DNA of 56,824 nt from Thermoplasmata archaeon (GCA_049966015.1 JBMFVL010000002.1:1-56824), one strand, 5' to 3'. Shown: positions 37,379 through 47,432, counted from the stretch's first letter. Made by a program: numbers and translations. Notes: generated by a model from the letters alone, not told the origin.

Positions 37379-38609
37379 ATATTACCTGCCCTGTATATTC
37401 TATTTCTTTACTTGTATGACTGAAACTTAAGAATAATGTTTCGTATTGAGATGGGGGGATGTATATACCTTTTTTTAATAATTTTTGGAACAATTGGTAA
37501 TATTTGTGACTATCGGATGTTAAAGCGCTGGCATAGTCTTTGACTTTGTTGGCAGTAAAAAATATTTGAAACATACTTACTATACCGTTAAAGGATATGT
37601 TTATTTTTTTATCGTGTGACGCGTCATCTATATATTTTATAAGGAGGTTTAATTTCTTTTCTAATTCTTTATAATCAAGATTTTTAAGTTTTTTCAAAGT
37701 TGCTATCCCAGTTGCAATGGATAAAGGGTTCCCTGAATACGTCCCTGCTTGATAAACACTTCCACTAGGTGCTATGTTTTTCATTATTTCTTCCTTTCCT
37801 CCAAATACTGCTAATGGCAATCCACCCCCCACAATTTTACCTAATATTGTTATATCCGGATTTATATCAAAATATTTACTAGCTGTTCCATAATGGAATC
37901 TAAATCCAGTTATAACTTCATCGAATATTAACAGAGATTTATATTTTTCAGTTAGGTTTTTCAATTCACTCAAAAAATCTTTTTCCGGTATAATTACCCC
38001 TACATTACCCAATACAGGTTCCAATATCAAAGCGGCTATATTTTCACCTTCTTTGCTAAACACTTCTTTGATGCCTTTAATGTCATTGTAGTTAGCAACA
38101 AGTGTATTTTCCGCTATCTCTTTAGGTATGCCTGGAGAAGAGGGCGTTCCGATTGCCCCACTTCCAGGGGATATAAGAACCGAATCGTGTGATCCGTGAA
38201 ATCCACCGTATAACTTCAAAATTTTATTCCTTTTTGTGTACGCCCTAGCTAGCCTTATTGAATGCATTGTTGCTTCTGTGCCAGAACTAGTAAAACGCAT
38301 CATTTCCATATTAGTTGCTTCTTTTAGCATATTTCCGTAAATTATTTCGAGCTCTGTTGGAGCACCATATATCCAGCCGTCTTCCAATTGCTTTTTAATT
38401 TCCTTTTTTATATCTTTATCTGCATGCCCCAGTATAAGTGGGCCATATGCAAGGCAATAATCAATGTACTCTTTATCATCTACATCGTATATCCTAGACC
38501 CTTTCCCTTTTTTTATGAATATAGGGTACGGCTTATAATATCTTACAGGGGAATTAACACCACCAGGGAATATATTTAAAGATTCATTGAATAATTTTTC
38601 TGATTTCAT
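37365..38609 (-). CDS. hemL: glutamate-1-semialdehyde 2,1-aminomutase
   Basis: FPGGVNSPVR, FTSSGTEATM, IFDEVITGFR and a PLP-Lys region LGKIVGGGLP. Confidence 0.9.
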   Translation of the reverse strand: MKSEKLFNESLNIFPGGVNSPVRYYKPYPIFIKKGKGSRIYDVDDKEYIDYCLAYGPLILGHADKDIKKEIKKQLEDGWIYGAPTELEIIYGNMLKEATNMEMMRFTSSGTEATMHSIRLARAYTKRNKILKLYGGFHGSHDSVLISPGSGAIGTPSSPGIPKEIAENTLVANYNDIKGIKEVFSKEGENIAALILEPVLGNVGVIIPEKDFLSELKNLTEKYKSLLIFDEVITGFRFHYGTASKYFDINPDITILGKIVGGGLPLAVFGGKEEIMKNIAPSGSVYQAGTYSGNPLSIATGIATLKKLKNLDYKELEKKLNLLIKYIDDASHDKKINISFNGIVSMFQIFFTANKVKDYASALTSDSHKYYQLFQKLLKKGIYIPPSQYETLFLSFSHTSKEIEYTGQVIYESL

Positions 38610-38952
38610 GAAGTGTTATACATTTTATAAAATATATAAATCATTTTGAGTTAAGTGCGGTATTATGATATCTGCACCATATTTAGAACTTTATAGGTTG
38701 TTGTTAATTTACCTTATCAAAAATGGTTAGAATTTTAAATATGAAAACGTAGGGTAGGTATTTTATATTAAGATTCAAAGTTTCAAAACCATATAGAAAG
38801 TAAAGACAGTTATTTTTAAAATCTAGATGGCAAAAAGTCATTCTACAATGAGGGATATATAAATAGTAGACAGATTATACAATCTCTGAATGTTTAGAAT
38901 TAGCTGACAAATTCTTATATATTGTTTATTACATTGATTATAATGTTTTGTT
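38610..38952. promoter_or_regulatory. 343-nt divergent control region between the hemL operon and the ahb/hemA/hemB operon
   Basis: No ORF longer than about 10 codons. It is unusually long compared with other intergenic gaps in the window and separates two operons of one pathway. Confidence 0.4.
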
Positions 38953-40140
38953 ATGATAGCATATAATCAACTCCTGTTTAAGGCAGGAACTGTGAGCAAG
39001 AATATAGATGAAGAACGATTCAAATATGAATCTAATCCCGAACTTTTAAGGTATACAAGAAATAATTTGGCAGTCCTTTTTTGGAATTTGACTGCTCAAT
39101 GTAATTTAAACTGCATTCATTGCTATGCAAGTGCTGAACATAAAAAAACGCCAGGAGAATTGACAACGGAACAGATTTTATCTACTTCAGACGATCTTGC
39201 GAACATGCGCTTACCTGTTGTAATTTTGTCAGGAGGAGAACCCACTTTACATCAGGATATATATGCCATTTCTAAATATCTGGATTCCAAGGGAATCAGG
39301 GTTACACTTTCTTCTAATGGCACTACAATAACTGAGAACGTTGCCAGTAAACTTGCAGAAAGTGGTGTTAAGTATGTAGGGGTAAGCTTGGACGGATTTG
39401 GGGATAGCAATGATTTTTTTAGAGGAATGAAAGGTGCTTTCGATAAAGCATTGCAAGGTTTAAAAAATGTAAAAAAAGCAGGTATGATGAGCGGAATAAG
39501 ATTTACTGTAACAAAATACAACCTCAAGGACTTACCGAAAGTTTTTGATTTAGGAATAGAACTAGGAATCGATAGATTTTGTTTGTACCACCTGGTTCCT
39601 GCAGGGAGGTCAGAGAAAGAGCAGGATATTACAAATGTAGATAGGAGAAAAGTTATAGACTATCTAGTAGAAAAAACTTTTGAGATTCACGACAAAAAAA
39701 TAGATATGGAAATTTTAAGTGTAGACAATCCAACAGATGGGGTATATTTATTACTCAAGTTGATAAGAGATAATGATCCACGGGCCAAAGAAGTTTATAA
39801 ACTTTTGAAAAGGAGGGGAGGAGATAATTCTGGAATAAAAGCTGGAAATATTGATCCGTGGGGCAATGTGCATCCTAACCAGTTTTGGTGGGATTATTCT
39901 CTAGGCAATGTAAAAACCCAGAAATTTAGTGAAATATGGAACAATGAAAGTGGAGATATATACAGCTTGAGGCACGATAAATCCAAGCTTTTAAAAGATA
40001 AATGTCAGAGATGTAATTTTAAAGATGTTTGTGGTGGATTTAGATTGCGTTCGTTGAGATACAATGGTGATGTTTGGTCTCCTGACCCAGATTGCTATCT
40101 TACAGAAGAGGAAATAAAAACAGAGGTACCTGGTGTATAA
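38953..40140 (+). CDS. radical SAM enzyme of the alternative haem pathway (AhbC/AhbD-type, NirJ-like)
   Basis: CX3CX2C motif CNLNCIHC, GGEPTL, and a C-terminal SPASM-like Cys cluster CQRCNFKDVCGG...DPDC. Which step it performs (AhbC or AhbD) cannot be decided by eye. Confidence 0.75.
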   Translation: MIAYNQLLFKAGTVSKNIDEERFKYESNPELLRYTRNNLAVLFWNLTAQCNLNCIHCYASAEHKKTPGELTTEQILSTSDDLANMRLPVVILSGGEPTLHQDIYAISKYLDSKGIRVTLSSNGTTITENVASKLAESGVKYVGVSLDGFGDSNDFFRGMKGAFDKALQGLKNVKKAGMMSGIRFTVTKYNLKDLPKVFDLGIELGIDRFCLYHLVPAGRSEKEQDITNVDRRKVIDYLVEKTFEIHDKKIDMEILSVDNPTDGVYLLLKLIRDNDPRAKEVYKLLKRRGGDNSGIKAGNIDPWGNVHPNQFWWDYSLGNVKTQKFSEIWNNESGDIYSLRHDKSKLLKDKCQRCNFKDVCGGFRLRSLRYNGDVWSPDPDCYLTEEEIKTEVPGV

Positions 40141-40142
40141 TA

Positions 40143-41222
40143 ATGGATTTCAATGAATCACCGATAATAATGTTCATTGAAGTAACCAAAGCGTGCTTGT
40201 TGTCTTGTAGGCATTGTAGAGCTAATGCAATCCATAAAAGGGATCCGAGAGAATTAACCCTAGATGATTTTGAAAAACTAGCAAAAAATATATCTGAATT
40301 CAATCCAAAACCAATGATAATAATTACAGGTGGAGACCCTTTAATGCGCAATGATTTATTTGATATTATAGACCTTTTTAATGAACATGGACTTAATGTA
40401 TCCATTTCTTTTAGTGGAACCAAACTTGCTACTAAAGATGCACTTGAAAAAATTATAGGTAAGGTCAAAAATGTTGCCATTAGCATTGATGGTAGCAATG
40501 CAGAGGTCCATGATAATTTTAGAAAAGTAAACGGAACTTTTGATACTTCCATAAATATTCTGAAATATCTTTCAGGAAAGATTAGTTTGCAAATAAATAC
40601 CACTGTAGGAAGACACAACATTGAAGATTTTCCAAATATATTGAATTTAGTAAAAGAATACAAAATAAGAACATGGGATTTGTTTTTCATAGTTCCTACA
40701 GGAAGAGCAACTTCTGAGTTATCTTTAACTAAGGAAGAAGTTATGGATACCATGAAATTTTTGTATTATGTGCAAACATCGAGTGATTTTAGGATAAAGG
40801 TTACAGAAGCACCTTTCTACAATCGCATGAAGTTAGAAGGTCCAGACAACATAAACACACCTCTTTTCAATAAGCTTGTTAATAATAGTAAAATAAATTT
40901 TGAAAAAAAGATACTGCCTGTTACCAGGGACAAGAACAATTTGGGAGTTACAGATGGGAGAGGAACTATTTTTGTTTCTCATATAGGGGATATCCAACCC
41001 ACTGGATTTTTGCCCCTTACTGCTGGAAACGTGAAAAAGGATAGCATCGTAGAGGTTTATAGAAAATCTAAACTTTTTATTGATTTGAAAGACCCTTCAA
41101 AGCTTTTGGGGTATTGTGGGATTTGTGCATATAAAGATATTTGTGGAGGTTCAAGGGCAAGGGCATATGCTGTTTATGGCAATTATATGGCAGAAGACCC
41201 AGTGTGTCCTTATGTAGGGTGA
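40143..41222 (+). CDS. second radical SAM enzyme of the alternative haem pathway (AhbC/AhbD-type, NirJ-like)
   Basis: CLLSCRHC, TGGDPL, and the C-terminal cluster CGICAYKDICGG...DPVCPY. ATG at 40143 lies 2 nt after the upstream stop; the ORF-track start at 40092 is an extension. Confidence 0.75.
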   Translation: MDFNESPIIMFIEVTKACLLSCRHCRANAIHKRDPRELTLDDFEKLAKNISEFNPKPMIIITGGDPLMRNDLFDIIDLFNEHGLNVSISFSGTKLATKDALEKIIGKVKNVAISIDGSNAEVHDNFRKVNGTFDTSINILKYLSGKISLQINTTVGRHNIEDFPNILNLVKEYKIRTWDLFFIVPTGRATSELSLTKEEVMDTMKFLYYVQTSSDFRIKVTEAPFYNRMKLEGPDNINTPLFNKLVNNSKINFEKKILPVTRDKNNLGVTDGRGTIFVSHIGDIQPTGFLPLTAGNVKKDSIVEVYRKSKLFIDLKDPSKLLGYCGICAYKDICGGSRARAYAVYGNYMAEDPVCPYVG

Positions 41223-41684
41223 ATGTTTATGGATGATTTGGATGGCAAAATATTAACTTATATACAGAGCAATTTTCCTATTGAAGAAGACCCGTATTCT
41301 AAGATGGCAGATGATTTGAAGGTTGATAAAGAAATATTAATAAAACGCCTCAAGGATTTGTATAAAAATGGGTACATAATAAAGATAATCCCTAAATTTA
41401 CGGAGAGTTATTATAGCAACCATTCACGGGTTTTGGTAGGAATGTGTGTAGACCATTCCAGTATTATGGATATTGCCAAGGTTATTAATAGTTATGATAA
41501 TATTTCTCACAATTATGAACGTGATCATTATTTCAATATATGGTTTACAGTAATTTCAGATGATTTGGATAAGATTAAAAAGATCGTTGATGAAATAGCT
41601 ACCAATAAAGGGGTTAGAGATTATGTTGTGTTACCATCTAAGAAATTGTTAAAATTAGATACGGAATTTGAGGTAAAAGTATGA
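41223..41684 (+). CDS. sirohaem decarboxylase subunit (AhbA/AhbB, NirD/L/G/H family)
   Basis: Lrp/AsnC-like N-terminal HTH (LDGKILTYIQSNFPIEEDPYSKMADDL) plus NISHNYERDHYFNIWFT, typical of the NirDLGH/Ahb family. Starts immediately after the upstream stop. Confidence 0.7.
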   Translation: MFMDDLDGKILTYIQSNFPIEEDPYSKMADDLKVDKEILIKRLKDLYKNGYIIKIIPKFTESYYSNHSRVLVGMCVDHSSIMDIAKVINSYDNISHNYERDHYFNIWFTVISDDLDKIKKIVDEIATNKGVRDYVVLPSKKLLKLDTEFEVKV

Positions 41685-42097
41685 TTGTGATTAATAAATT
41701 AAAAAAAGGGATTGGAATTAATGATGACCCATATGGGGAATTTGCAAAAAATTTGAATATGGACAAGAAAGAGTTTATAGAATATTTACATGATATGAAA
41801 AATACAGGAAAAATATTGAAAATGAGAGCCCTGCTTAGCCATAGTAAGTTAGGGTATAAAGTTAATGCAATGATTGCAATGAAGGATGTGCATAACATAG
41901 ATTTTTTTATAGGTATGCCTAATATTTCTCATTTTTATATAAGAGAATCCAATGAAAAATTCCCTTACAATTTTTATGCAATGGCTCATTTTAGAGATGA
42001 AAACGAATTGAAAAAATTTTCAGATATTCTGGATGATATGCATATTGAATATGAGATTTTGCGCACTATAAGGAATCTGAAGAGGATAGAGATATGA
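41681..42097 (+). CDS. sirohaem decarboxylase subunit (AhbA/AhbB partner)
   Basis: Paralogous to the previous gene (DDPYGEFAKNLNMDKKEFIEYL...NISHFYIRESNEKFPYNFYAM). 4-nt ATGA overlap with the previous gene. Confidence 0.7.
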   Translation: MIVINKLKKGIGINDDPYGEFAKNLNMDKKEFIEYLHDMKNTGKILKMRALLSHSKLGYKVNAMIAMKDVHNIDFFIGMPNISHFYIRESNEKFPYNFYAMAHFRDENELKKFSDILDDMHIEYEILRTIRNLKRIEI

Positions 42098-42717
42098 CAT
42101 TCTGTCCAGTGGTTATCAACCTGGAAAAAGTAAAAATAACAATATTTGGAGGGGGTGAAGTAGCCAATAGAAAGGTAAAAAACTTATTAGGAAGTAATAT
42201 AACAATAGTTTCAGAAAAGGTAATAGATGAAATAGAAAGGTTGAGTCCCATTACAATTATAAGAAAGAAGATAGAACAAGAAAACGACGTGATAGATTAT
42301 ATAAGGGATTCAGATTTTGTAATAATAGCAACAAATGATTCTAAAATAAACACTATGATAAAAAATATTTGTAAAAAGGAAAATAAAATTTATAATTCAG
42401 TAGATGACAAGGATAGCAAGGTAATATTCCCTGCATTTATTTATGATAGAGATTTGATAATCGCTGTGTCAACCTCAGGAAAAGCACCGGCTCTTTCTTC
42501 ATACATAAAAGAGGACGTTATGCAACATGTTAATAAATACACCAAAGCAATAAATATTATAGAAAAAATAAGAAAAAATATAGGGCATGGAGAGGATAGG
42601 AGAAAGAGGTTTTTTCGTATGCTTTTTAAAGATGAACATTTTTGGGAATTGCTTGATAACGAAAAGGAATGTATTGATTATGCTATAAGCAAATGGAGGG
42701 AGTATGCAGATCATTAA
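42094..42717 (+). CDS. sirC: precorrin-2 dehydrogenase (SirC/Met8p/CysG-N type; possibly also sirohydrochlorin ferrochelatase)
   Basis: Rossmann motif ITIFGGGEVANRKV, followed by ISTSGKAPALS typical of the sirohaem synthase N-terminal domain. Confidence 0.75.
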   Translation: MTFCPVVINLEKVKITIFGGGEVANRKVKNLLGSNITIVSEKVIDEIERLSPITIIRKKIEQENDVIDYIRDSDFVIIATNDSKINTMIKNICKKENKIYNSVDDKDSKVIFPAFIYDRDLIIAVSTSGKAPALSSYIKEDVMQHVNKYTKAINIIEKIRKNIGHGEDRRKRFFRMLFKDEHFWELLDNEKECIDYAISKWREYADH

Positions 42718-43852
42718 CTTACAGGCTACATACAAAAATATGGATTTTTTGGATTTAGAGAAATGGAATTCTTTAGATGATAAAGATATTGTTGGTTTCC
42801 TTAAATTGTACGCTGATGAGTTTGTCATTTTAAAAACTTGCAATAGATTTGAAATTTACATTGTTTGCAACGATGAAATTGCAGGGAAATTGTCGGAATA
42901 TTTGTTATCTTTAGGACCTAAAGCAGAAATAGCTACCAACAGGGATGCTATAATACATCTCATGAGGGTTTCTGCTGGCTTGGATTCCATGATTCCTGGT
43001 GAGCATGATATACAGAGGCAGGTAAAAGAAGCTTTAAATAATGCTTTGAAAAATAAAATTTCTGGGAAAGTGTTGAATTATGTTTTTATGTCTGCCTTGA
43101 ATGTTTCTAAAGAAATAAGGACCAATACAAAAATCAGCAATGGTGTGATTTCCATACCTCAAACTTCTGTAAGAATTTTAAATGAAATTAAAAAAGAGGG
43201 AAAAGTGGCAATATTGGGTACTGGAAGAGTTGCACATTCTTTGCTAAAATATTTAGGTAACCAGTATGATATAACTGTTTTTGGCAGGTCTATGGATAAA
43301 TTGGAAGATATTTCCAATAATTTTCATGTGAAAACAAAACCGTGGACTCATTTAGGAGAGATTAGCAACTTTGATGTTCTTTTTTCTGCTTTGAAGGTTA
43401 ACGGGTATGTTTTAAATAATGAGGACTTAAGCACCAATAAACCAGAAATAATAATTGATTTGGGGAATCCCAGGAATATTGAACCCAGTAGTAGTAGATA
43501 TTATATAGATTTAGGATACCTGAAAACCTATGTAGAAAAAAACCTAAACAATAGAAAAAAAGAAATGGATAAGGCCATGCTTATAATAAACGAGAGGGTA
43601 AAGGAAATTGAACATAAAATATTCAATGAACGGATAGAGAAAGTTATTTCAAGCATATACCAAAAAGCAGAAAATATAAAAAAGGAGGAGATTGATGAAT
43701 TAATTAAAATTATCGGAGACAAACATAAAGAGGAAATTGAGCTTTTTGCCAATTCTCTGGTAAAAAAGTTGCTTAATAATATTGTAAAAAATTTACAGGA
43801 CGATAAGTATGACAGCGATAAAATAAAAATTATTGAAAAAATTTTCAGGTGA
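42704..43852 (+). CDS. hemA: glutamyl-tRNA reductase
   Basis: LKTCNRFEIY (catalytic Cys), GLDSMIPGEHDIQRQVK, and the NADPH motif VAILGTGRVA. Confidence 0.85.
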   Translation: MQIINLQATYKNMDFLDLEKWNSLDDKDIVGFLKLYADEFVILKTCNRFEIYIVCNDEIAGKLSEYLLSLGPKAEIATNRDAIIHLMRVSAGLDSMIPGEHDIQRQVKEALNNALKNKISGKVLNYVFMSALNVSKEIRTNTKISNGVISIPQTSVRILNEIKKEGKVAILGTGRVAHSLLKYLGNQYDITVFGRSMDKLEDISNNFHVKTKPWTHLGEISNFDVLFSALKVNGYVLNNEDLSTNKPEIIIDLGNPRNIEPSSSRYYIDLGYLKTYVEKNLNNRKKEMDKAMLIINERVKEIEHKIFNERIEKVISSIYQKAENIKKEEIDELIKIIGDKHKEEIELFANSLVKKLLNNIVKNLQDDKYDSDKIKIIEKIFR

Positions 43853-43854
43853 GT

Positions 43855-44829
43855 ATGATGTACCCTATAACAAGAATGAGACGATTAAGGTATAACCAGA
43901 CTTTAAGAGAGATGGTGGAGGAAACCGAGGTGAATGTGAATGATCTTGTATATCCGATATTTATAGATGAGAATATAAGTGAAAAAAAACCTATAGAATC
44001 TATGCCAGGGATATACAGATTACCTTTAGAGGAGGTTTTGGATGAAGCTAGAGAAGTTGAATCTTTGGGCATTAAGGCGTTACTATTATTTGGTATACCA
44101 AGGCATAAAGATGAATTAGGAAGTGCTTCTTACTATGACAATGGAATTATTCAAAAAGCTGTGAAATTGATCAAAAAAGAAACAAAGTTACTTGTTATTG
44201 CGGATTTGTGCTTATGTGAATACACAAGCCATGGGCATTGTGGGATTGTAGAACAGGGCTGTGTACTTAATGATAGAACACTTGAACAGTACCGGAAAAT
44301 TGCAGTTAGTTATGCAAAAAGTGGGGTTGACGTAATTGCACCTAGTGGAATGATGGATGGCCAGGTTAAGGCGATAAGAGAGGCTCTTGACATGAATCAT
44401 TTTGAGGATATTCCTATTTTGGCATATAGTGCTAAGTTTCAATCTTCATTATATTCACCATTCAGGGATGCGGCAGAATCTTCTCCTAAATTTGGGGATA
44501 GGAAAACATACCAGATGAATTATGCAAATGCGCGTGAGGCCATGAGGGAGATTCAACTAGATGTAGATGAGGGGGCAGATATTATAATGATAAAACCGGC
44601 AATGATGTATTTGGATATCATACGCATGGCAAGAGAAAAATTTGACCACCCTATAGCTGCTTATAATGTGAGTGGAGAATATTCCATGGTGAAAGCAGCT
44701 AGCTTAAAGGGATATGTAGATGAAAGTTCAGTGGTAAAAGAGATTTTAACTTCTATTAAAAGAGCTGGGGCGAATATAATAATAACGTATCACGCAAAGG
44801 ATTTTGCAAAAAACTTTGCAAAATCGTAA
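43855..44829 (+). CDS. hemB: porphobilinogen synthase (zinc-type)
   Basis: RMRRLR, zinc-binding Cys cluster DLCLCEYTSHGHCG, Schiff-base Lys regions IMIKPA and YSAKF. ATG at 43855, with GTG at 43849 in the ORF track. Confidence 0.9.
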   Translation: MMYPITRMRRLRYNQTLREMVEETEVNVNDLVYPIFIDENISEKKPIESMPGIYRLPLEEVLDEAREVESLGIKALLLFGIPRHKDELGSASYYDNGIIQKAVKLIKKETKLLVIADLCLCEYTSHGHCGIVEQGCVLNDRTLEQYRKIAVSYAKSGVDVIAPSGMMDGQVKAIREALDMNHFEDIPILAYSAKFQSSLYSPFRDAAESSPKFGDRKTYQMNYANAREAMREIQLDVDEGADIIMIKPAMMYLDIIRMAREKFDHPIAAYNVSGEYSMVKAASLKGYVDESSVVKEILTSIKRAGANIIITYHAKDFAKNFAKS

Positions 44830-44846
44830 TATTGCTAATATGCAAA

Positions 44847-45401
44847 TTAGGATAATTCATAAGCTTTTTCTGTAAGTTTTTTAACATAATCCCTGGACCT
44901 AATTTCTTTTGAGGGATTTATAATGTAACATAGCAATGCCCCAATAAACATCCTTAACTTTAGGATTAAATCTTCATTTTCGTCTGAAAAAACTTTTTGT
45001 GATATTCCTTTCAATCCGTTGTAACATAAGTTTTTTACTATTTCACCAATTTCGTCGTATTGGTTTATATAAGACAATGTGTAAAGAAATAAATTTTTAT
45101 ATATAGGATCAGAGTATTTTTCTATGAAGTTATTTCCTAGTTCAACCAGTGCATTTTTTCCATTTTTCTTGCTTTTTACACATGCATCATATAAATCAGT
45201 TGGCAGGCATTTTATGGCCACTTCAAGTATAAGTTCCTCCTTAGTCCTGAAATACCAGAAGATCAAGCCTTTAGATAAACTAGCTTTTTTTGCAATAGAT
45301 TCAACCGGTGCATTATAGCCATATTCTGAAAAAACGATCATTGCATTTTTTATGATTTTTTCTTTTACATCATTAACTCTTTGTTCCTTTGGAGTCGGCA
45401 T
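44847..45401 (-). CDS. TetR family transcriptional regulator
   Basis: HTH VESIAKKASLSKGLIFWYFRTKEEL. Confidence 0.85.
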   Translation of the reverse strand: MPTPKEQRVNDVKEKIIKNAMIVFSEYGYNAPVESIAKKASLSKGLIFWYFRTKEELILEVAIKCLPTDLYDACVKSKKNGKNALVELGNNFIEKYSDPIYKNLFLYTLSYINQYDEIGEIVKNLCYNGLKGISQKVFSDENEDLILKLRMFIGALLCYIINPSKEIRSRDYVKKLTEKAYELS

Positions 45402-45525
45402 ATGTATTTTCTAATATCATACTTCTATTTAATACTACCATTTTATTTTGACCTATTGGATTGACCATATAGACAATATTTTTATAGTAATATTGCGTTA
45501 CCATAAAACACAAAAGGGGTTTGAA

Positions 45526-46569
45526 ATGGATAAATCAAATGTCAATGAAAAAATTGTTACAGGAGCTGAGTGGTTTGGCATTCCTATCGCTACACTAGCT
45601 TTGGCCGAAATATACATATTGCTTTTTCAACATTATGGAACATTAATTTACAAAAATATAGCAGAATTTTTCACCATTTTAGGGTTCATTATTTTTGTAT
45701 TCATATTTTTTATATGGATATATACTGTTTTCGAAAGTCATGAAAAGATTTTAACTCATTGGGATAATCTAACAAGGTTGAGTTTTATTGCACTGATACC
45801 AATAATTGGGTTTGTACTAAATTTTCAATTGTTATACTATTATGGATCCACTCAGTTCACTGCTTTCTTTTCATTGTTAAATTTTGGTTTTGAATATGCA
45901 TTGGCTTTGTTAATAGGGATTTTACTTGGATACAGGTTATATACAAAGGAAATAGAACCTTCGGAGATTAATTATGTTATTGCTATACCGCCCCTTTCCA
46001 TAGGAACCAGTGTATTTTTGGGTGCGTATTTAATAAGTATTTCACACAAAATGGAATGGCCAATTATATGGGCGCATTACATATATTTTGTATTGTTGAT
46101 GGGGCTAGGAATTTTCTTTTTCCTTTACATTTTCATAGGATCTTTAGCATTATCAGGGCATGTAGAAACAAAAATTCACGAAACATTGCCAACTACAATG
46201 CTTCCAGTTGGGATAGCGAGTCTTATCATAATAAATTTGACTACTTTTGTCAGTCTGAATAGCATAAAAATGTTTTATTTCAGTCCTGATGCGGTAGGTA
46301 TGATTTCTGTTATGCTATGGGGTTTTGAAGTATGGAACTTTTTGGTAGCTTTAGCTATAATTATATCTAAGCACCATACAGAAAGCATATCTGTGTGGGC
46401 ATATGGCTTTCCCTTGGGTCTTTTTGCGGTATCAACCATTAAAATAATGCAACTTACAAATTTTGGTTTCATTTTTGATGTGTTTTTGTTTATAGCTTTT
46501 GCTCTTAATGTATTATGGCTGTACGGATGGTTTAATACCGCAAATTTTTTAAAAAAGTTGAAAAAATGA
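45526..46569 (+). CDS. TDT-family transporter (TehA/Mae1/SSU1/SLAC1-like)
   Basis: About 10 hydrophobic helices, with WAYGFPLGLFAVSTI resembling the conserved TDT motif near the C-terminus. ATG at 45526; the ORF-track TTG at 45448 adds an implausible leader. Confidence 0.6.
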   Translation: MDKSNVNEKIVTGAEWFGIPIATLALAEIYILLFQHYGTLIYKNIAEFFTILGFIIFVFIFFIWIYTVFESHEKILTHWDNLTRLSFIALIPIIGFVLNFQLLYYYGSTQFTAFFSLLNFGFEYALALLIGILLGYRLYTKEIEPSEINYVIAIPPLSIGTSVFLGAYLISISHKMEWPIIWAHYIYFVLLMGLGIFFFLYIFIGSLALSGHVETKIHETLPTTMLPVGIASLIIINLTTFVSLNSIKMFYFSPDAVGMISVMLWGFEVWNFLVALAIIISKHHTESISVWAYGFPLGLFAVSTIKIMQLTNFGFIFDVFLFIAFALNVLWLYGWFNTANFLKKLKK

Positions 46570-46856
46570 TGTAGTTACCATACAGTTGGTAATACCTATA
46601 AACCCCTTAAATTCAAACATGAGAATAAACCTTTATATCCCCTAATTTTTTACTAAAAGTTGAGTCCTACATTTTTTGAAATCCTTGGTGATTTGATACC
46701 ATCCATTCACATTAACCATATAATTATGAAAATTAATCCTATAAAATAAGGCGATAAAATCTACAGATACACTCCCTCTATGTTGAAGATATAATGGTAA
46801 AAAGATAACTAAATTAGGGATGAGTAATAGGGAGATATGCTATGATGTTAGAGGTT

Positions 46857-47432
46857 TTAATTCTTTAAATATTTTTGTTTATAGCTTTCTTTGCAAGTAT
46901 TGCAACAAAATATCCGTGTACCATAAACAGTTTTTAATTTAACAGGATCCTTGTAAATTTCTTTTCCGCAATATGAACATTTTGCTTTAATGTTGTTTTC
47001 TAAATTTTCACTTATGTTTACATCATTTGAAAGTACTGGATAAATGGATATAATATCACCATATTTTTTAATTTTGTTTTGTATAATACTTAGCTCATCT
47101 TTATTGCGTATTTTGATGTGAATTATCAAATCACCTTGCCCCATGGTTTTGTATATTGCATAAATACCTTTGATATTGAAAAGTGTTTTTTTTATGTTTA
47201 TATTTTCATTATATGTTTTTGAAATCAAAAAAAAATCAAAAAGCCAATCTTCCTGCCCTATTTCTACAGTATATCTTTTTATTATTCCATTAATCTCCAT
47301 CTTTTTGATATGGTCTGTTATAGTAGGTACAGATACAGAGAGTTTTTTTGCTATGGTTCTATTTGATATCCTGGAATTAACTTTAAGGATTTTTAATATT
47401 TCAAAATCAAGTTCATCCAATGATGTTTCCAT
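46857..47432 (-). CDS. Lrp/AsnC-type HTH regulator with C-terminal TRASH metal-binding domain (CopR-like)
   Basis: HTH LDFEILKILKVNSRISNRTIAKKLSVSVPTITDHIKKM. TRASH motif CSYC-X20-CCNTC (C-X2-C...C-X3-C). Confidence 0.8.
   Translation of the reverse strand: METSLDELDFEILKILKVNSRISNRTIAKKLSVSVPTITDHIKKMEINGIIKRYTVEIGQEDWLFDFFLISKTYNENINIKKTLFNIKGIYAIYKTMGQGDLIIHIKIRNKDELSIIQNKIKKYGDIISIYPVLSNDVNISENLENNIKAKCSYCGKEIYKDPVKLKTVYGTRIFCCNTCKESYKQKYLKN

Noticed and set aside
40100-40753. 217-aa minus-strand ORF antisense to the second radical-SAM gene, and the 162-aa ORF at 48083-48571 antisense to copA
   Set aside because: The sense-strand genes carry diagnostic motifs (CX3CX2C; TGES/CPC/DKTGT), and the antisense ORFs have no recognisable features.
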